Shown here: in pieces, positions 1 through 9,852 of the stretch
Numbering within the stretch: position 1 is the first letter of the stretch
Layout: every line of letters starts with the position of its first letter
NCBI GenBank assembly: GCA_035303785.1
Contig: DATGRI010000022.1
Span: 6,913-70,912, forward strand
From: Sphingobacteriaceae bacterium
GTDB taxonomy: Bacteria; Bacillota; Sulfobacillia; Thermaerobacterales; RSA17
Length of the DNA: 64,000 nt
Direction of reading: 5' to 3'
Notes under the pieces: generated by a model
Databases searched by the model: none
What the model saw: the letters and a program-made list of their open reading frames with translations, nothing else
Told to the model about the DNA's origin: nothing
Translations under genes and position numbers: made by a program

Positions 1-1371
1 GATGCCCTCCCGCAGCAGATCACTGAGGGGCTTGCCGAAGATGTCCGACTCCCATATCTTGCGGGGATCGTCCTCGAACTTCTCCATCAAGTAGTTGACC
101 AGCTGCTCCGACTGCTTCTCGGTGCCGATGATGGGCGTCACTTCGCTGGACACGTCGGCCCGCATGAACTGGAAGGTGGCGGCGGTGGCCCGGAGGCGCA
201 CGCCGAACTGGTTGCCCTTGCGGATGAGTTCCGGCTCTTCGAAGGTCATGTCTTCTATGGAGGGCGTGACCAGGCCGAAGCCCGTTTCCCGGGCATCCCG
301 CAGGGCGCTGCCGAACTTCTCGTGATCCCGCTTGGCCTCGCTCAACTCCCGCAGGAGCCGCAGCAGCACCTCCTTGCCGCTGATGTTGAAGCCGGAAATT
401 TCCTCGGCCACCTGCCAGAACAGTTCCTCGGGGGCCGTCAGCACCACGCTGACCACGCCGGTGGCCATGTCCACGCCGGCCAGGGTGGCCTTTTCCAAGA
501 ACTCCGCCTGGTCCAGGGAAGCCACGGCGGCCTCCACGTCCCGGAGCCGCTGCACCCCCTGCACGGCCCCTGCTACGGCGTCCTCATAGCGCCGCCGCAG
601 CCAGTGGTCGGCATCCAGTTCCTGAAGCCACGGGGGCAGGTGGACGTTGAACTCCGTCACCGGGAATTCGTAGAGGAGTTCCAGCAGCACCATGGTCATG
701 TCGGCCTCGCCGGCGGTGGCCACGTTCAGGGGCAGCACCGGCGCCCCGTACCGGTCCGACAGTTCCTGGGCCAGCTCCCGCACGTAGGCCGTGCGGGGCC
801 GGATGGAGTTGAGGACGACCACGAAGGGCCGCCCCACCGCCTGGACTTCCCGCACCGTCCGCTCCTCGGCGTCCACAAAGGCGTCCCTGGACAGGTCGCC
901 GATGCTGCCGTCGGTGGTGACGATCACCCCCAGAGTGGAGTGGTCGGTGATGATCTTCCGGGTGCCCACCTCCGCTGCTTCTTCAAAGGGCATGGGCTCC
1001 TCGGACCAGGGGGTCATCACCATGCGGGGCCCGTCTTCCTCGTCATAGCCTTTGGCTCCCGGCACGGGAAAACCGACGGAATCGGCCAGGCGCACTCTGA
1101 CCGTAAGCCCCTCGCCCACGGTGATGGCCACCGCCTCGTCGGGCACGAATTTCGGCTCCACGGTCATGACCGTCCGCCCGGCGCCGCTCTGGGGCAGTTC
1201 GTCCACGGCGCGGCGGCGGGCGTCGTCGTCGGCAATGCGGGGAATGATCAACTGCTCCATGAACCTTTTGATGAAGGTGGATTTGCCAGTTCGCACCGGC
1301 CCGACAACGCCGATAAACACATCACCGGCAGTGCGCGTAGCCAGGTCTTGGATCACATCCATTGATGTCAC
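1..1371 (-). CDS. spoIVA: Stage IV sporulation protein A (spore coat morphogenetic ATPase); 3' end runs off the window
   Basis: Manual minus-strand translation: MDVIQDLATRTAGDVFIGVVGPVRTGKSTFIKRFME...DELPQSGAGRTVMTVEPKFVP, the SpoIVA N-terminus. AAGGAGG RBS precedes GTG at 1371. Not in the ORF track because it is truncated. Confidence 0.97.
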   Translation of the reverse strand, partial: MTSMDVIQDLATRTAGDVFIGVVGPVRTGKSTFIKRFMEQLIIPRIADDDARRRAVDELPQSGAGRTVMTVEPKFVPDEAVAITVGEGLTVRVRLADSVGFPVPGAKGYDEEDGPRMVMTPWSEEPMPFEEAAEVGTRKIITDHSTLGVIVTTDGSIGDLSRDAFVDAEERTVREVQAVGRPFVVVLNSIRPRTAYVRELAQELSDRYGAPVLPLNVATAGEADMTMVLLELLYEFPVTEFNVHLPPWLQELDADHWLRRRYEDAVAGAVQGVQRLRDVEAAVASLDQAEFLEKATLAGVDMATGVVSVVLTAPEELFWQVAEEISGFNISGKEVLLRLLRELSEAKRDHEKFGSALRDARETGFGLVTPSIEDMTFEEPELIRKGNQFGVRLRATAATFQFMRADVSSEVTPIIGTEKQSEQLVNYLMEKFEDDPRKIWESDIFGKPLSDLLREGI

Positions 1372-1446
1372 GCCCTCGTCCCTCCTTCGCAGGCACTACA
1401 GGCACTGCCTACGCGTCAATCATGCAGGCAAGCCCCCGACGCTTCC

Positions 1447-1476
1447 ATGTATATAGAGCCGGGATGGGGAATATAA
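1447..1476 (-). promoter_or_regulatory. Candidate sigmaE promoter for spoIVA
   Basis: Minus strand TTATATT-N14-TATATACAT resembles the sigmaE consensus; spoIVA is sigmaE-dependent in characterised spore formers. The -10 is imperfect. Confidence 0.45.
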
Positions 1477-1506
1477 CCGCTCGTCCGGGGTGCCGGGAGC
1501 GCCTTC

Positions 1507-2931
1507 TTACGAGGAGGAACGCAGGCGCAGGCGGATGGGGGTGCCCGTCAGGTCGAAGGCTTCCCGCAGGCGCCGCTCCAGGTAGCGCAGGTAGGTGGGG
1601 TCAGCCAGCCGGGGGTCGTTGACGAACAAGGTGAAGGTGGGCGGCTGCCGCCGGGTCTGGGTGGCGTAGCGGATTTTCAGGCGCCGCCCTTTGACGGCCG
1701 GGGGCTGGTTGTCGAACACCGCCTCCCCCAGGACCCGGTTGAGGGCCGCGGTTGATATGGTCTGCCGGTGGCCGGCGGCCACCGCCTGCATCAAGCCCGG
1801 CAGCCGGTCCACCCCCTGGCCCGTCAGGGCCGAGGTGGTGACTACGGGAGCGTAGGCGAAGAAGGGCGCATCCTTGTAGATCTGCTCCCGCACCTCATCG
1901 GGGTCGGCATCCTCGGGGGCCAGGTCCCATTTGTTGACCACGATGATGGCCCCCCGGCCCCGGCGGTCGATTTCGGCGGCGATGGTCTTGTCCTGGTCGG
2001 TGAACAGTTCCCGGGCGTCCAGCACCAGCAGGGCCAGGTCGGCCCGGCGCAAGGCGGCCAGGGCCCGCAGGGTGCTGTAGTACTCGATGGAATCCTTGAT
2101 CCTGGACCGGCGCCGCATGCCCGCCGTATCCACGAAGACGAACTCGCCGGCATCGGGATGGGTCCAGCGGACGTCGGCGGCGTCCCGGGTGGTGCCGGCG
2201 ATGGGGCTGACGATGAACCGGTCCTGCCCCAGCAGGCGGTTCAGGAGGGAGGACTTGCCCACGTTGGGGCGGCCCAGGACCGCCACCCGGATGGGGCCCG
2301 CCGGCCCTTCCTGGCCGTCGTAGACCGGCTCCTCCCCCTCTTCGTCTTCCAGGTCTTCGTCATCATCAGCCCAATGGAACTCGGCCTCGCCCTCGGGGGC
2401 TTCCGGCCCTTCGCCCATTCCCGGGGGGAACAGGGCGATCACCGCATCCAGCAGGTCGCCGGTGCCCGAGCCGTGCTCCGCCGAGATGCCCAGGAGATGG
2501 CCGAAGCCCAGGCTGTAAAACTCCTGGACGGCATCCTGATGGCTGGGGTGGTCGACTTTGTTCACCGCCACGATGACCGGCTTGCCCTGCCGGTGCAGCC
2601 ACTGGGCCAGTTCCATGTCGTGGGGCAGCAGCCCCTGGCGCCCGTCCACCACGAAGATGATGACGTGGGCTTCCGCCAGGGCCGCCTCCACCTGGCGGTT
2701 GATGGCGGAAGAAAAGGGGTCCTCTCCCCCGGGCACCAAGCCTCCCGTATCCACCAGGAGGAAGGAGCGCCCCTGCCACTCGGCCTCGGCGTAAATCCGG
2801 TCCCGGGTCACCCCCGGCGTCTTTTGGACGATGGCATGGCGCTGCTGGATGATGCGGTTGAAGAGGGTGGATTTGCCCACGTTGGGCCGACCTACGATGG
2901 CCACAACGGGCAGGGTGGATGCATTCGCCAT
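1507..2931 (-). CDS. der: Ribosome biogenesis GTPase Der (EngA)
   Basis: Two GTPase domains (GRPNVGKSTL, DTGG, NKVD; GRPNVGKSSL, DTAG, NKWD) and a C-terminal KH-like domain (PPTF). Confidence 0.98.
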   Translation of the reverse strand: MANASTLPVVAIVGRPNVGKSTLFNRIIQQRHAIVQKTPGVTRDRIYAEAEWQGRSFLLVDTGGLVPGGEDPFSSAINRQVEAALAEAHVIIFVVDGRQGLLPHDMELAQWLHRQGKPVIVAVNKVDHPSHQDAVQEFYSLGFGHLLGISAEHGSGTGDLLDAVIALFPPGMGEGPEAPEGEAEFHWADDDEDLEDEEGEEPVYDGQEGPAGPIRVAVLGRPNVGKSSLLNRLLGQDRFIVSPIAGTTRDAADVRWTHPDAGEFVFVDTAGMRRRSRIKDSIEYYSTLRALAALRRADLALLVLDARELFTDQDKTIAAEIDRRGRGAIIVVNKWDLAPEDADPDEVREQIYKDAPFFAYAPVVTTSALTGQGVDRLPGLMQAVAAGHRQTISTAALNRVLGEAVFDNQPPAVKGRRLKIRYATQTRRQPPTFTLFVNDPRLADPTYLRYLERRLREAFDLTGTPIRLRLRSSS

Positions 2932-2967
2932 CGGCCGGCCTCCTTTGCCCCAATCCCATATGCCTGT

Positions 2968-3171
2968 TCAATGAACTACAACCAGCAGGCAGCCGTTTTC
3001 CAGGTCGTGGACCATGGCCCCCATGATGCGGGCGATGAGCAGGGCCGTGTTCTCCGCCTCCTGCCGGTCGCCGGCCAGGAAGACGGGCACCCCGCCTCCC
3101 GTGACCTTCTCCTTGTCGGTGGTGACTACCGCCACGATCTTTTCCGCCCGGAGGGGGCCCATGTCAGCCAC
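2968..3171 (-). CDS. Small capping-complex subunit associated with YIEGIA proteins (YpzH-like)
   Basis: 67 aa with GGGVPVF and AMVHDLENG motifs; overlaps the YIEGIA gene and lies just upstream of der, as in Bacillus and clostridia. Confidence 0.75.
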   Translation of the reverse strand: MADMGPLRAEKIVAVVTTDKEKVTGGGVPVFLAGDRQEAENTALLIARIMGAMVHDLENGCLLVVVH

Positions 3172-4108
3172 GGCCGGCGTCCCCCGCCTTCTGCCGGGGA
3201 CCGGCCCCCACGGGGGCCGCCCAGCGGGGATGGCTGCCCCGGGCGCTCTCCAGCAGCGGCGTGTTGGCGGCGGCCTTGATGGCCACGGCCACGTCCCGGG
3301 TGAAGGGGGCCACTACAATGCCCAGGGCGCCGGTATCGGCATCCTTCCGGGCCATGGCCGTCAACTCCGGCTCGGCGATTTCCTGGTGGGTTCCCAGGGC
3401 CGCCGTCACCTCGTGGAGGATGGCCTGGCGCTGCCCCGGATGGGCCAGCTTGTCCCGACCGCTGGAACGGCGGGGCTCGATGATCAGGCCCATAGAGTAC
3501 TTTTCAATCTGCTCCCGCTGGGCCGCCGTGCCCACATTCATTAAAAAGATATGGTCCACGTACAAGGACGGACCTTCAAAGCGCAGGGCGGCCGGCCGCA
3601 CTTCAGCCAGGTCGCCCACCACTTTGCCCTGCCGCAGGGAGTAGATCCACGGCAGCACCACCAGGGCCGCCAGCACCCCGGCCCACCAGGCCCCCACCAG
3701 CACCGTGGCGGCGCTGACCAGCAGGGCCGCCGCCATGGCCAGGTAGTTGCGGGACTCGAAGACGACGGCTATGCCTTCGATGTAGTCGGCGCCCCTGGGC
3801 ACCAGCAGGTACGCCTCCAAGGCCTGGAGGGTCGTCCGCTCCATGTCCCGGATCTCCCGGAACTGGGTGGCGGCCAGGGCCAGAAAGGTGACGGCGGTGA
3901 ACTCCTTCTCCAGAAGGGCGGGCACCGCCACCGCGCCCACGGCGGCGGCGATGCCGCCGAAGGCCAAATGGCTCACATGGTTGTGGGGCAGACTGGGATA
4001 TTGGCGGTAATCAACCCGCAACAAGTACAGGCGAGCGGCGAAGCCTGCCGCGAACCCCAAGGCAATGCCGTGGAACAGAAGGGACTGGACCGTCACCGGA
4101 GGACTCAC
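3164..4108 (-). CDS. YIEGIA family membrane protein (YphB/SeaA-like)
   Basis: Contains the literal YIEGIA motif, DYRQYP and TFLALAATQFREIRDMER, plus N-terminal TM helices. Start estimated at GTG 4108; the ORF-track extension upstream overlaps rpsA. Confidence 0.9.
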   Translation of the reverse strand: MSPPVTVQSLLFHGIALGFAAGFAARLYLLRVDYRQYPSLPHNHVSHLAFGGIAAAVGAVAVPALLEKEFTAVTFLALAATQFREIRDMERTTLQALEAYLLVPRGADYIEGIAVVFESRNYLAMAAALLVSAATVLVGAWWAGVLAALVVLPWIYSLRQGKVVGDLAEVRPAALRFEGPSLYVDHIFLMNVGTAAQREQIEKYSMGLIIEPRRSSGRDKLAHPGQRQAILHEVTAALGTHQEIAEPELTAMARKDADTGALGIVVAPFTRDVAVAIKAAANTPLLESARGSHPRWAAPVGAGPRQKAGDAGRG

Positions 4109-4184
4109 CTGCCCATAGGGCAGTGTGCCCTCCCGGCGGGCCGTCCCATGCGGCCCCCGGCGACGGCGGGGGCCTCCCGGGCCC

Positions 4185-5894
4185 TTAAGCCTCGGTTGTT
4201 TCTTCTGCCTCGCCCGCGGGTTCGCTGTCGCCGTCTTCGGGGGCGGCGGCCGCCACCTCGGCGGCGGCGTCGCCGGCCACATCGCCGGCGGCTTCAGCCC
4301 CGGCGACCTCATCGGCGTCGTCCTCCGCCGCGGCCGCCTGCTGGTCGCCCTGGCCGGCGGCCTGCTCCAGGCGTTCCTTCGTCTCCTCCAGCAGGTCGCC
4401 GAACATCTCGCCCAGGGTCATGTTCTCGCCGCCGTTGTCCCTATGGGACACCTCCCGGGGCGCCGATACGGTCCGGGGCGCCGAACGGGGCTGGGACCGC
4501 CGCTGCGGTGCGCGGCTCTCGGCGGCGGGCTTCTGACCGCCCTCCTGGCCGGAGGCCCGCTCCCGCCGGGCCGACTCCAGCTGGCCCAGATCCCGCCGGG
4601 CTTCCCGCAGGCTCAGGCTGATGCGGCGTTCCTCGGGCTGCAGTTTCAAAATCTTGACGTGGACGACGTCGCCTTCCTTGACCACTTCATCGGCGGAACT
4701 CACCCGGTGGTCGGCCATCTGGCTGATGTGGACCAGGCCCTCTACGCCGGGCTCCACTTGGACGAAGGCGCCGAAGGGCGCGATGCGCTCCACCCGGCCT
4801 TGGACAATGGCCCCTTCGGTGTAGCGCTCCTCGATGCCGATCCACGGATCGGGCAGCACCTGCTTGAGGCCCAGGCTGACCCGCTCCCGCTCCCGGTCAA
4901 CCTTCAGCACCATCACCTGGATTTCTTGGCCTTCCTGCACCACATCCCTGGGGTGCTCCACCCGGCCCCAGGCCATCTCCGACACGTGGAGCAGGCCGTC
5001 CACGCCGCCCAGGTCGATGAAGGCGCCGAAGTCCGTCAGGCCCTTGACCACGCCGGTGCGGATCTGGCCCTCTTCCAGGTTGGCCCACGTTTCGGACCGC
5101 TGCTTCTGGTGCTCTTCCTCCAGCACGACCCGCTGGGACAGGATGACCCGGTTCTTGCTCTTGTCCAGCTCGATGACCCGGGCCCGCACATTCTTGCCCA
5201 CATACTGGGACAGGTCGCTGACGTAACCCCTGTCCACATGGGAGGCAGGCATAAAGGCCCGCACCCCTACGTCCACCACCAGGCCGCCCTTGACTTCTTC
5301 CACCACGGGCGCCGTGATGATGGTCTTTTCGTTCAAAGCCTCTTCCAGCACCTGCCAGGCCCGCTGGGCCCGGGCCCGCCGCTCGCTCACTAGGAGGGCG
5401 ACGCCGTCCCGGTCGTCGATGCTCAACACCTGGACGTAGATCTCCTGGCCCTCCTGGAAGCCGTCGGCCGGCTTCTGCCGCGGCCCCAGGGTCAGTTCGG
5501 ACAAGGGCACCACGCCGTCGGCGTTGATGCCCACGTCCACCAGCAGGTGGTCGTCCCGCACCTGGATCACCGTGCCCTTGAGCACGTCGCCGGTGCGGAT
5601 CTCCTTGACGTCGACCACCGGCTGCTGTTCCCCACTCTCTTCGACTTGGGCGGCGGTTTCTTCCGGCTGGTCAGCCTCGGCCGCAGGCGCTTCTACCGTG
5701 GTCTCGCTGCTGTCCGTCTCCGGGGCGGGAACCGCCTCCTCCGAGTGGACGACACCGGCATCACCACCGGCGTCCGGGGTCGTCGCCCCGTCAGCGGCAT
5801 CGGTTGCAGTAGCTTCCGCGGCTGCCGCGGATTCCTCAACCCCCTGCTGCTGCTCCACCTGGTCTTGACGGTCGTTTTCCATGTTGCCCTCCAT
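4185..5894 (-). CDS. rpsA: 30S ribosomal protein S1 with long acidic N- and C-terminal extensions
   Basis: Four S1 repeats ([55 protein letters not shown]); located downstream of cmk-plsC. Confidence 0.95.
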   Translation of the reverse strand: MEGNMENDRQDQVEQQQGVEESAAAAEATATDAADGATTPDAGGDAGVVHSEEAVPAPETDSSETTVEAPAAEADQPEETAAQVEESGEQQPVVDVKEIRTGDVLKGTVIQVRDDHLLVDVGINADGVVPLSELTLGPRQKPADGFQEGQEIYVQVLSIDDRDGVALLVSERRARAQRAWQVLEEALNEKTIITAPVVEEVKGGLVVDVGVRAFMPASHVDRGYVSDLSQYVGKNVRARVIELDKSKNRVILSQRVVLEEEHQKQRSETWANLEEGQIRTGVVKGLTDFGAFIDLGGVDGLLHVSEMAWGRVEHPRDVVQEGQEIQVMVLKVDRERERVSLGLKQVLPDPWIGIEERYTEGAIVQGRVERIAPFGAFVQVEPGVEGLVHISQMADHRVSSADEVVKEGDVVHVKILKLQPEERRISLSLREARRDLGQLESARRERASGQEGGQKPAAESRAPQRRSQPRSAPRTVSAPREVSHRDNGGENMTLGEMFGDLLEETKERLEQAAGQGDQQAAAAEDDADEVAGAEAAGDVAGDAAAEVAAAAPEDGDSEPAGEAEETTEA

Positions 5895-5973
5895 AGGACA
5901 AAAACCTCCCTTTCCCAACCCCGACGACGACTCATTCCGGCTTTTTTAACGGCCGAGCTTCCCGTTCGGGTGT

Positions 5974-6567
5974 TTAGGCATGCTCGTCGGCCAGCAACTC
6001 CTGGATGCGATCCATGATTTTTTGGCCGGCCTGTGCCAATTCGTTACTGTTCACCTTCTGACCGTAATATTCCTCTAATTCAAAGGGCTCACCAATGTAC
6101 ACCCGGACGGGCCGGAACAGCCGCCATTGGCCTTTGATGGCCACCGGCAAAATGGGCGCCCGCTGCCGGGTGGCCAGCCAAGCAGCCCCAGGATATGCAG
6201 GCAGCAGTTCGCCGGTGCGGCTCCGGGTTCCTTCGATGAACATGGCCACCGCTTTTCCCTCGGCCAGCTTGTTCAAGGCGGTGGACAAGGCCTGCCGGTC
6301 GGCGGTGCCCCGGTGCACGGGGAAGGCTCCCACCTTGGGCAGCAAGGGCCCGATGATAGGGTAGCTGAAAGCCTCCACCTTGGCCATGAAATAGAGGATG
6401 CGGGGCACGCCCACCCCCACGGCGAAGGGATCCCACCAGGAAAGGTGGTTGGCGCAGACCACCACCGGTCCGTCGGCCGGCACGTTTTCCCGGCCGTACA
6501 CCCGGAACCAGAAGAGCAGCCGCATTACTTTGTCCACCAGCCAGCGCACCGTCCGGTACAAGTACAC
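5974..6567 (-). CDS. plsC: 1-acyl-sn-glycerol-3-phosphate acyltransferase
   Basis: NHLSWWD (HxxxxD) and FIEGTRS motifs; follows cmk. Confidence 0.92.
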   Translation of the reverse strand: MYLYRTVRWLVDKVMRLLFWFRVYGRENVPADGPVVVCANHLSWWDPFAVGVGVPRILYFMAKVEAFSYPIIGPLLPKVGAFPVHRGTADRQALSTALNKLAEGKAVAMFIEGTRSRTGELLPAYPGAAWLATRQRAPILPVAIKGQWRLFRPVRVYIGEPFELEEYYGQKVNSNELAQAGQKIMDRIQELLADEHA

Positions 6568-6582
6568 GCCCTAGGGCCCCTC

Positions 6583-7272
6583 TCACGACGTATGGTTGGT
6601 CTGGGCCGTGCGGCAAAGGTCGATGATCCTGTCTACTACTTCGTCGATGCTCAGATGGGTGCTGTCGATGACATGGGCCCCCGGGGCCTGGACCAGCGGC
6701 GCCACCGCCCGGGTGGTGTCCAGCAGGTCCCGCTGGGCGATCTCCTGGGAAACCGTCTCCATATCGGTGCCGTATCCCCGGGCCTGGAGCTCCCGATGCC
6801 GGCGTCGCACCCGCTCCTCCGGGTCGGCCGTAAGAAAAATCTTCACATGGGCCTCGGGCACCACGTGGCTGCCGGTGTCCCGCCCCTCCAAAACGGTGCT
6901 CCCCCGCAGGGCCAGTTCCCGCTGCTTGCGGCTCAGTTCCCGGCGCACACCGGGGAACCCGGCGATGCGGGCCACGATGGCGCCCACCGCCGGATCCCGG
7001 ATTTGGTCGGACACATCCCGGCCGTCCATGAGCACCACCACCCGGTCGTCTCGGGCCGCCAGGCTGATCTCCGTCTCCCGGGCCAGCCTGGCCAGGGCCT
7101 CCTCGTCCTCCGGGTCCACCTTCGTCTGAAGGGCCTTGAGGGCCACGGCCCGGTACATGGCGCCCGTATCCAGGTACAAATAATTCAATGCCTGGGCCAC
7201 CCGGCGGGCCACAGTGCTCTTGCCGGCTCCCGCCGGTCCGTCGATGGCGACGATGAGGCCTTCCTTGACCAT
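6583..7272 (-). CDS. cmk: Cytidylate kinase
   Basis: IAIDGPAGAGKST-type P-loop, YLDTGAMYRA, EGRDTG. Confidence 0.97.
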   Translation of the reverse strand: MVKEGLIVAIDGPAGAGKSTVARRVAQALNYLYLDTGAMYRAVALKALQTKVDPEDEEALARLARETEISLAARDDRVVVLMDGRDVSDQIRDPAVGAIVARIAGFPGVRRELSRKQRELALRGSTVLEGRDTGSHVVPEAHVKIFLTADPEERVRRRHRELQARGYGTDMETVSQEIAQRDLLDTTRAVAPLVQAPGAHVIDSTHLSIDEVVDRIIDLCRTAQTNHTS

Positions 7273-7292
7273 GGCTCCTCAGCTTCCCAGCC

Positions 7293-7679
7293 CTAGGAGG
7301 TGAGGGTGCCCTGGCGTTCCGCCCAGTCGGGCCGCAACTGCCTGGCTTCCCTGAGATAAACGTGCACGATCGCTTCCGGGGGGATGTCCAAGTAGCAGTG
7401 GAGCAAAACGCGGATGATCCGCGGCGGGGCGCCCGGCACCGACATCTCCACGGCCCCCAGCATGGGCACCGATGTCCAGCCCAACTGCCGGGCGGCCATG
7501 GCCGGGAAGGTGGCGTTCAAGTCCGGGGTGGCGGTGAAAAAAACGCTGACCAGGTCGGACGGGTCAAACTTGTTCTTATCTTGCAGGGCTTGGAGCAGCT
7601 CCTTGGTCGCTTCCAGAATGTCTTCTTCAGTGTCGGAGGCGACGGAGGTGGCTCCCCGCAGGCCGCGCAAGATCTTCAT
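7293..7679 (-). CDS. aroH: Chorismate mutase, AroH class
   Basis: RGLRGAT, FTATPDLNATFPA, IRVLLH, HVYLREARQLRPD motifs; start moved to the RBS-supported ATG. Confidence 0.95.
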   Translation of the reverse strand: MKILRGLRGATSVASDTEEDILEATKELLQALQDKNKFDPSDLVSVFFTATPDLNATFPAMAARQLGWTSVPMLGAVEMSVPGAPPRIIRVLLHCYLDIPPEAIVHVYLREARQLRPDWAERQGTLTS

Positions 7680-7786
7680 ATCCAGTAGTCTCCCCCAATT
7701 CATGGCCGGTGGCGGCGGCAAACGCCAATGCACTTACCCCCATATGCTACCACCCGCCGCCGCGGCAAGGCAACCGGAGCCCCGCC

Positions 7787-8302
7787 CTAGGGCGGCTGCC
7801 GCTCCACCCGCCCCAAGGGGACGGCGCCCGCCTCGGGCAGCACCACCTGGGTGCCCTCCCGGGGCCAGCCCAGGCCGGGCGCGGCGTCCACCACCCGGAA
7901 GACCAGGGGTCCATCCCCCGGGGACCCGCCGTGGAGCCACAGTTCATCCCCGGCCCGGACCTGGATGGTCACATGGGGATCGGCGAAGGTGGCGGCGGTG
8001 ACGCCGTTGATGGCCAGGCGTGCCTCGGGGGCTGCCGGCCGGTTGACCAGCATGATGCTGACGGTCAGCACTTCCGCCCCCGCCGGCGACAGATAGGCCG
8101 CCGCCGCCGGGTCGTCGCCCCGGAGGGCGGGATCCACGCCCTCCAGCCAATGGCCGTAGCCGAAATACAGGCCGATTTCATCGTTGTAGGCCGCCCCTCG
8201 GATGACCACCAGCAGGAGCAGGCTGATGATGGCCAGCCGGAGGAGCCAGCTTTCCAAGCGGGCCGCCCAGAGTGCAGACGGCCGTGCCGCGCCGCCGCCC
8301 AT
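7787..8302 (-). CDS. Hypothetical membrane-anchored protein with extracytoplasmic beta-rich domain
   Basis: One hydrophobic segment (WLLRLAIISLLLLVVI) followed by a beta-strand-like sequence; no family recognised. Confidence 0.6.
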   Translation of the reverse strand: MGGGAARPSALWAARLESWLLRLAIISLLLLVVIRGAAYNDEIGLYFGYGHWLEGVDPALRGDDPAAAAYLSPAGAEVLTVSIMLVNRPAAPEARLAINGVTAATFADPHVTIQVRAGDELWLHGGSPGDGPLVFRVVDAAPGLGWPREGTQVVLPEAGAVPLGRVERQPP

Positions 8303-8366
8303 GCCGTCACCCCGCCGCCTTATGATGAACCCGGCCATACCCTAGGGTCCGGCCGGGTCCCTCTGT

Positions 8367-8396
8367 AGACATATGACGGCGGAAGCCGGCTATTAC
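8367..8396 (-). promoter_or_regulatory. Candidate sigmaE-like promoter for the 7787-8302 gene
   Basis: Minus strand GTAATA-N15-CATATGTCT. Confidence 0.35.
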
Positions 8397-9616
8397 ATCT
8401 GGGCGATGGCTTCCATCAGCTTCTCGCGGTTTTCCACCGGCTCCCGGGCCTTGATCATCTGCATGATGTCCCGTCGCGGCTTCATGTCGCCGATGAGGAC
8501 GGCGCCCACCAGGTAGTCGCCGTCGAAGAAGAGGCGCCGGTAGTTTTCCGTCTCGTAGTTCACCCAGGACAGGCTGTCCAGGTCGGGCTTGGCCTCGGTG
8601 GTCATGCCCATGGCCGTCATGTTGGAGTGGAACATGGTGGTGGTGTAGTGGGGCACGTCGTCGTAGATCTCGTTGGCCCCCATCATGTTCCGGGCGATGA
8701 CCCGGCCGTGGCCCTGGCTGTTGTTCCAGGTGCCCATGAGGTTGTGGTCCTGGAGGAACACGTCGAAGAACTCGGCGGCGTCGCCGCCGGCGTAGATGTC
8801 GGGGACGTTGGTGCGCAGGCTAGCGTCGGTGATGATGCCCCGCCGGGTTTCCACGCCGCTGCCTTCCAGGAATTCGGTGTTGATGATGAGGCCCAGGCCG
8901 GCGCCCAGCATGTCGCACTCGATACGGCGGCCGCCGGTGGTCACCACGCCGGTGATGGTGCCGTTCTTATGTTCGATCTCGGCCACTTCCTCACCGTAGA
9001 TGACGTCCACCCCGTGCTTGCGGGCGATGCGGTCCACCAGCTCGCCGCCGGCTTCGTCCAGCACCCGGTGCAGGAACCGCTTGCCCCGGATGAGCCACGT
9101 GGTGTGGAGACCCCGCTGGCGGAAGCCCTCGGTCAACTCGTAGGCGATGTAGCTGCCGCCCACGGAGAGGGCGCTCTTGGCCGTCAGGGTGCGCTCCACC
9201 AGGGCCTTGGTGTCGTCCAGCGTTTGAAAATAATAAACCCCGCCGGTATCGGCCCCCGGGACCGACAAATGGCGGGACCGGCCCCCCGGCGCCACCAGCA
9301 GGCGGTCGTAGGGCAGTTCCTTGCCCGTATGGAGCAGGACGGTCTTGTCGTCAGGGTTTACCTTCTCCACCACCGTCTCCAGCATAAGGTCAATGCCCTT
9401 TTCCTGGTGCTGCTCCACCGTACGCATCAGCACCCGGGATTCGGGGACTTGGCCTTTCAGGAAGCGGGGTAGGGCTACGCGGTTGTAGAGGGGATAAGGT
9501 TCTTTGCCTATGAGGGTAACTTCGGCGGAAGGCTCATTCTTCTTGATGGTCTCAGCTGCCGTGGTGCCTGTAATACCGTTGCCGACAATGACATAACGCG
9601 AGGGCCTATCCGACAC
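8393..9616 (-). CDS. NAD(P)/FAD-dependent oxidoreductase (rubredoxin/ferredoxin reductase-like, NasD N-terminal-like)
   Basis: VIVGNGITG FAD motif, YNRVAL, second Rossmann fold VGGSYIAYE, TNVPDIYAGGD; C-terminal LVGAVLIGD. Confidence 0.88.
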   Translation of the reverse strand: MSDRPSRYVIVGNGITGTTAAETIKKNEPSAEVTLIGKEPYPLYNRVALPRFLKGQVPESRVLMRTVEQHQEKGIDLMLETVVEKVNPDDKTVLLHTGKELPYDRLLVAPGGRSRHLSVPGADTGGVYYFQTLDDTKALVERTLTAKSALSVGGSYIAYELTEGFRQRGLHTTWLIRGKRFLHRVLDEAGGELVDRIARKHGVDVIYGEEVAEIEHKNGTITGVVTTGGRRIECDMLGAGLGLIINTEFLEGSGVETRRGIITDASLRTNVPDIYAGGDAAEFFDVFLQDHNLMGTWNNSQGHGRVIARNMMGANEIYDDVPHYTTTMFHSNMTAMGMTTEAKPDLDSLSWVNYETENYRRLFFDGDYLVGAVLIGDMKPRRDIMQMIKAREPVENREKLMEAIAQM

Positions 9617-9708
9617 GATTCCTGCCCCCCTGCTGGAGTTGGTTCTGATGATATGTGCGAAAACTTCAATAAAAAACGGCTCCGGGCGAGCCATGAAACG
9701 CCGGAAAA

Positions 9709-9737
9709 ATCTTACCCCACCGGTATGAAGGCGTCAA
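9709..9737 (-). promoter_or_regulatory. sigmaA promoter
   Basis: Minus strand TTGACG-N17-TAAGAT upstream of the oxidoreductase. Confidence 0.65.
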
Positions 9738-9852
9738 CTGTGCCGGCCGGGGGCTTCCGGGCGCCTTCCGGGTGTCATTTCGGGGGGGCCGGGCAGCCCG
9801 GCAGGAGATGGGACGCCTCGTGTGGGATTGGGCTTCTGAAGGAGGCGATGCT

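Noticed and set aside
2320-2400. Acidic low-complexity linker in Der
   Set aside because: Acidic inter-domain linkers are a known feature of many Der proteins.
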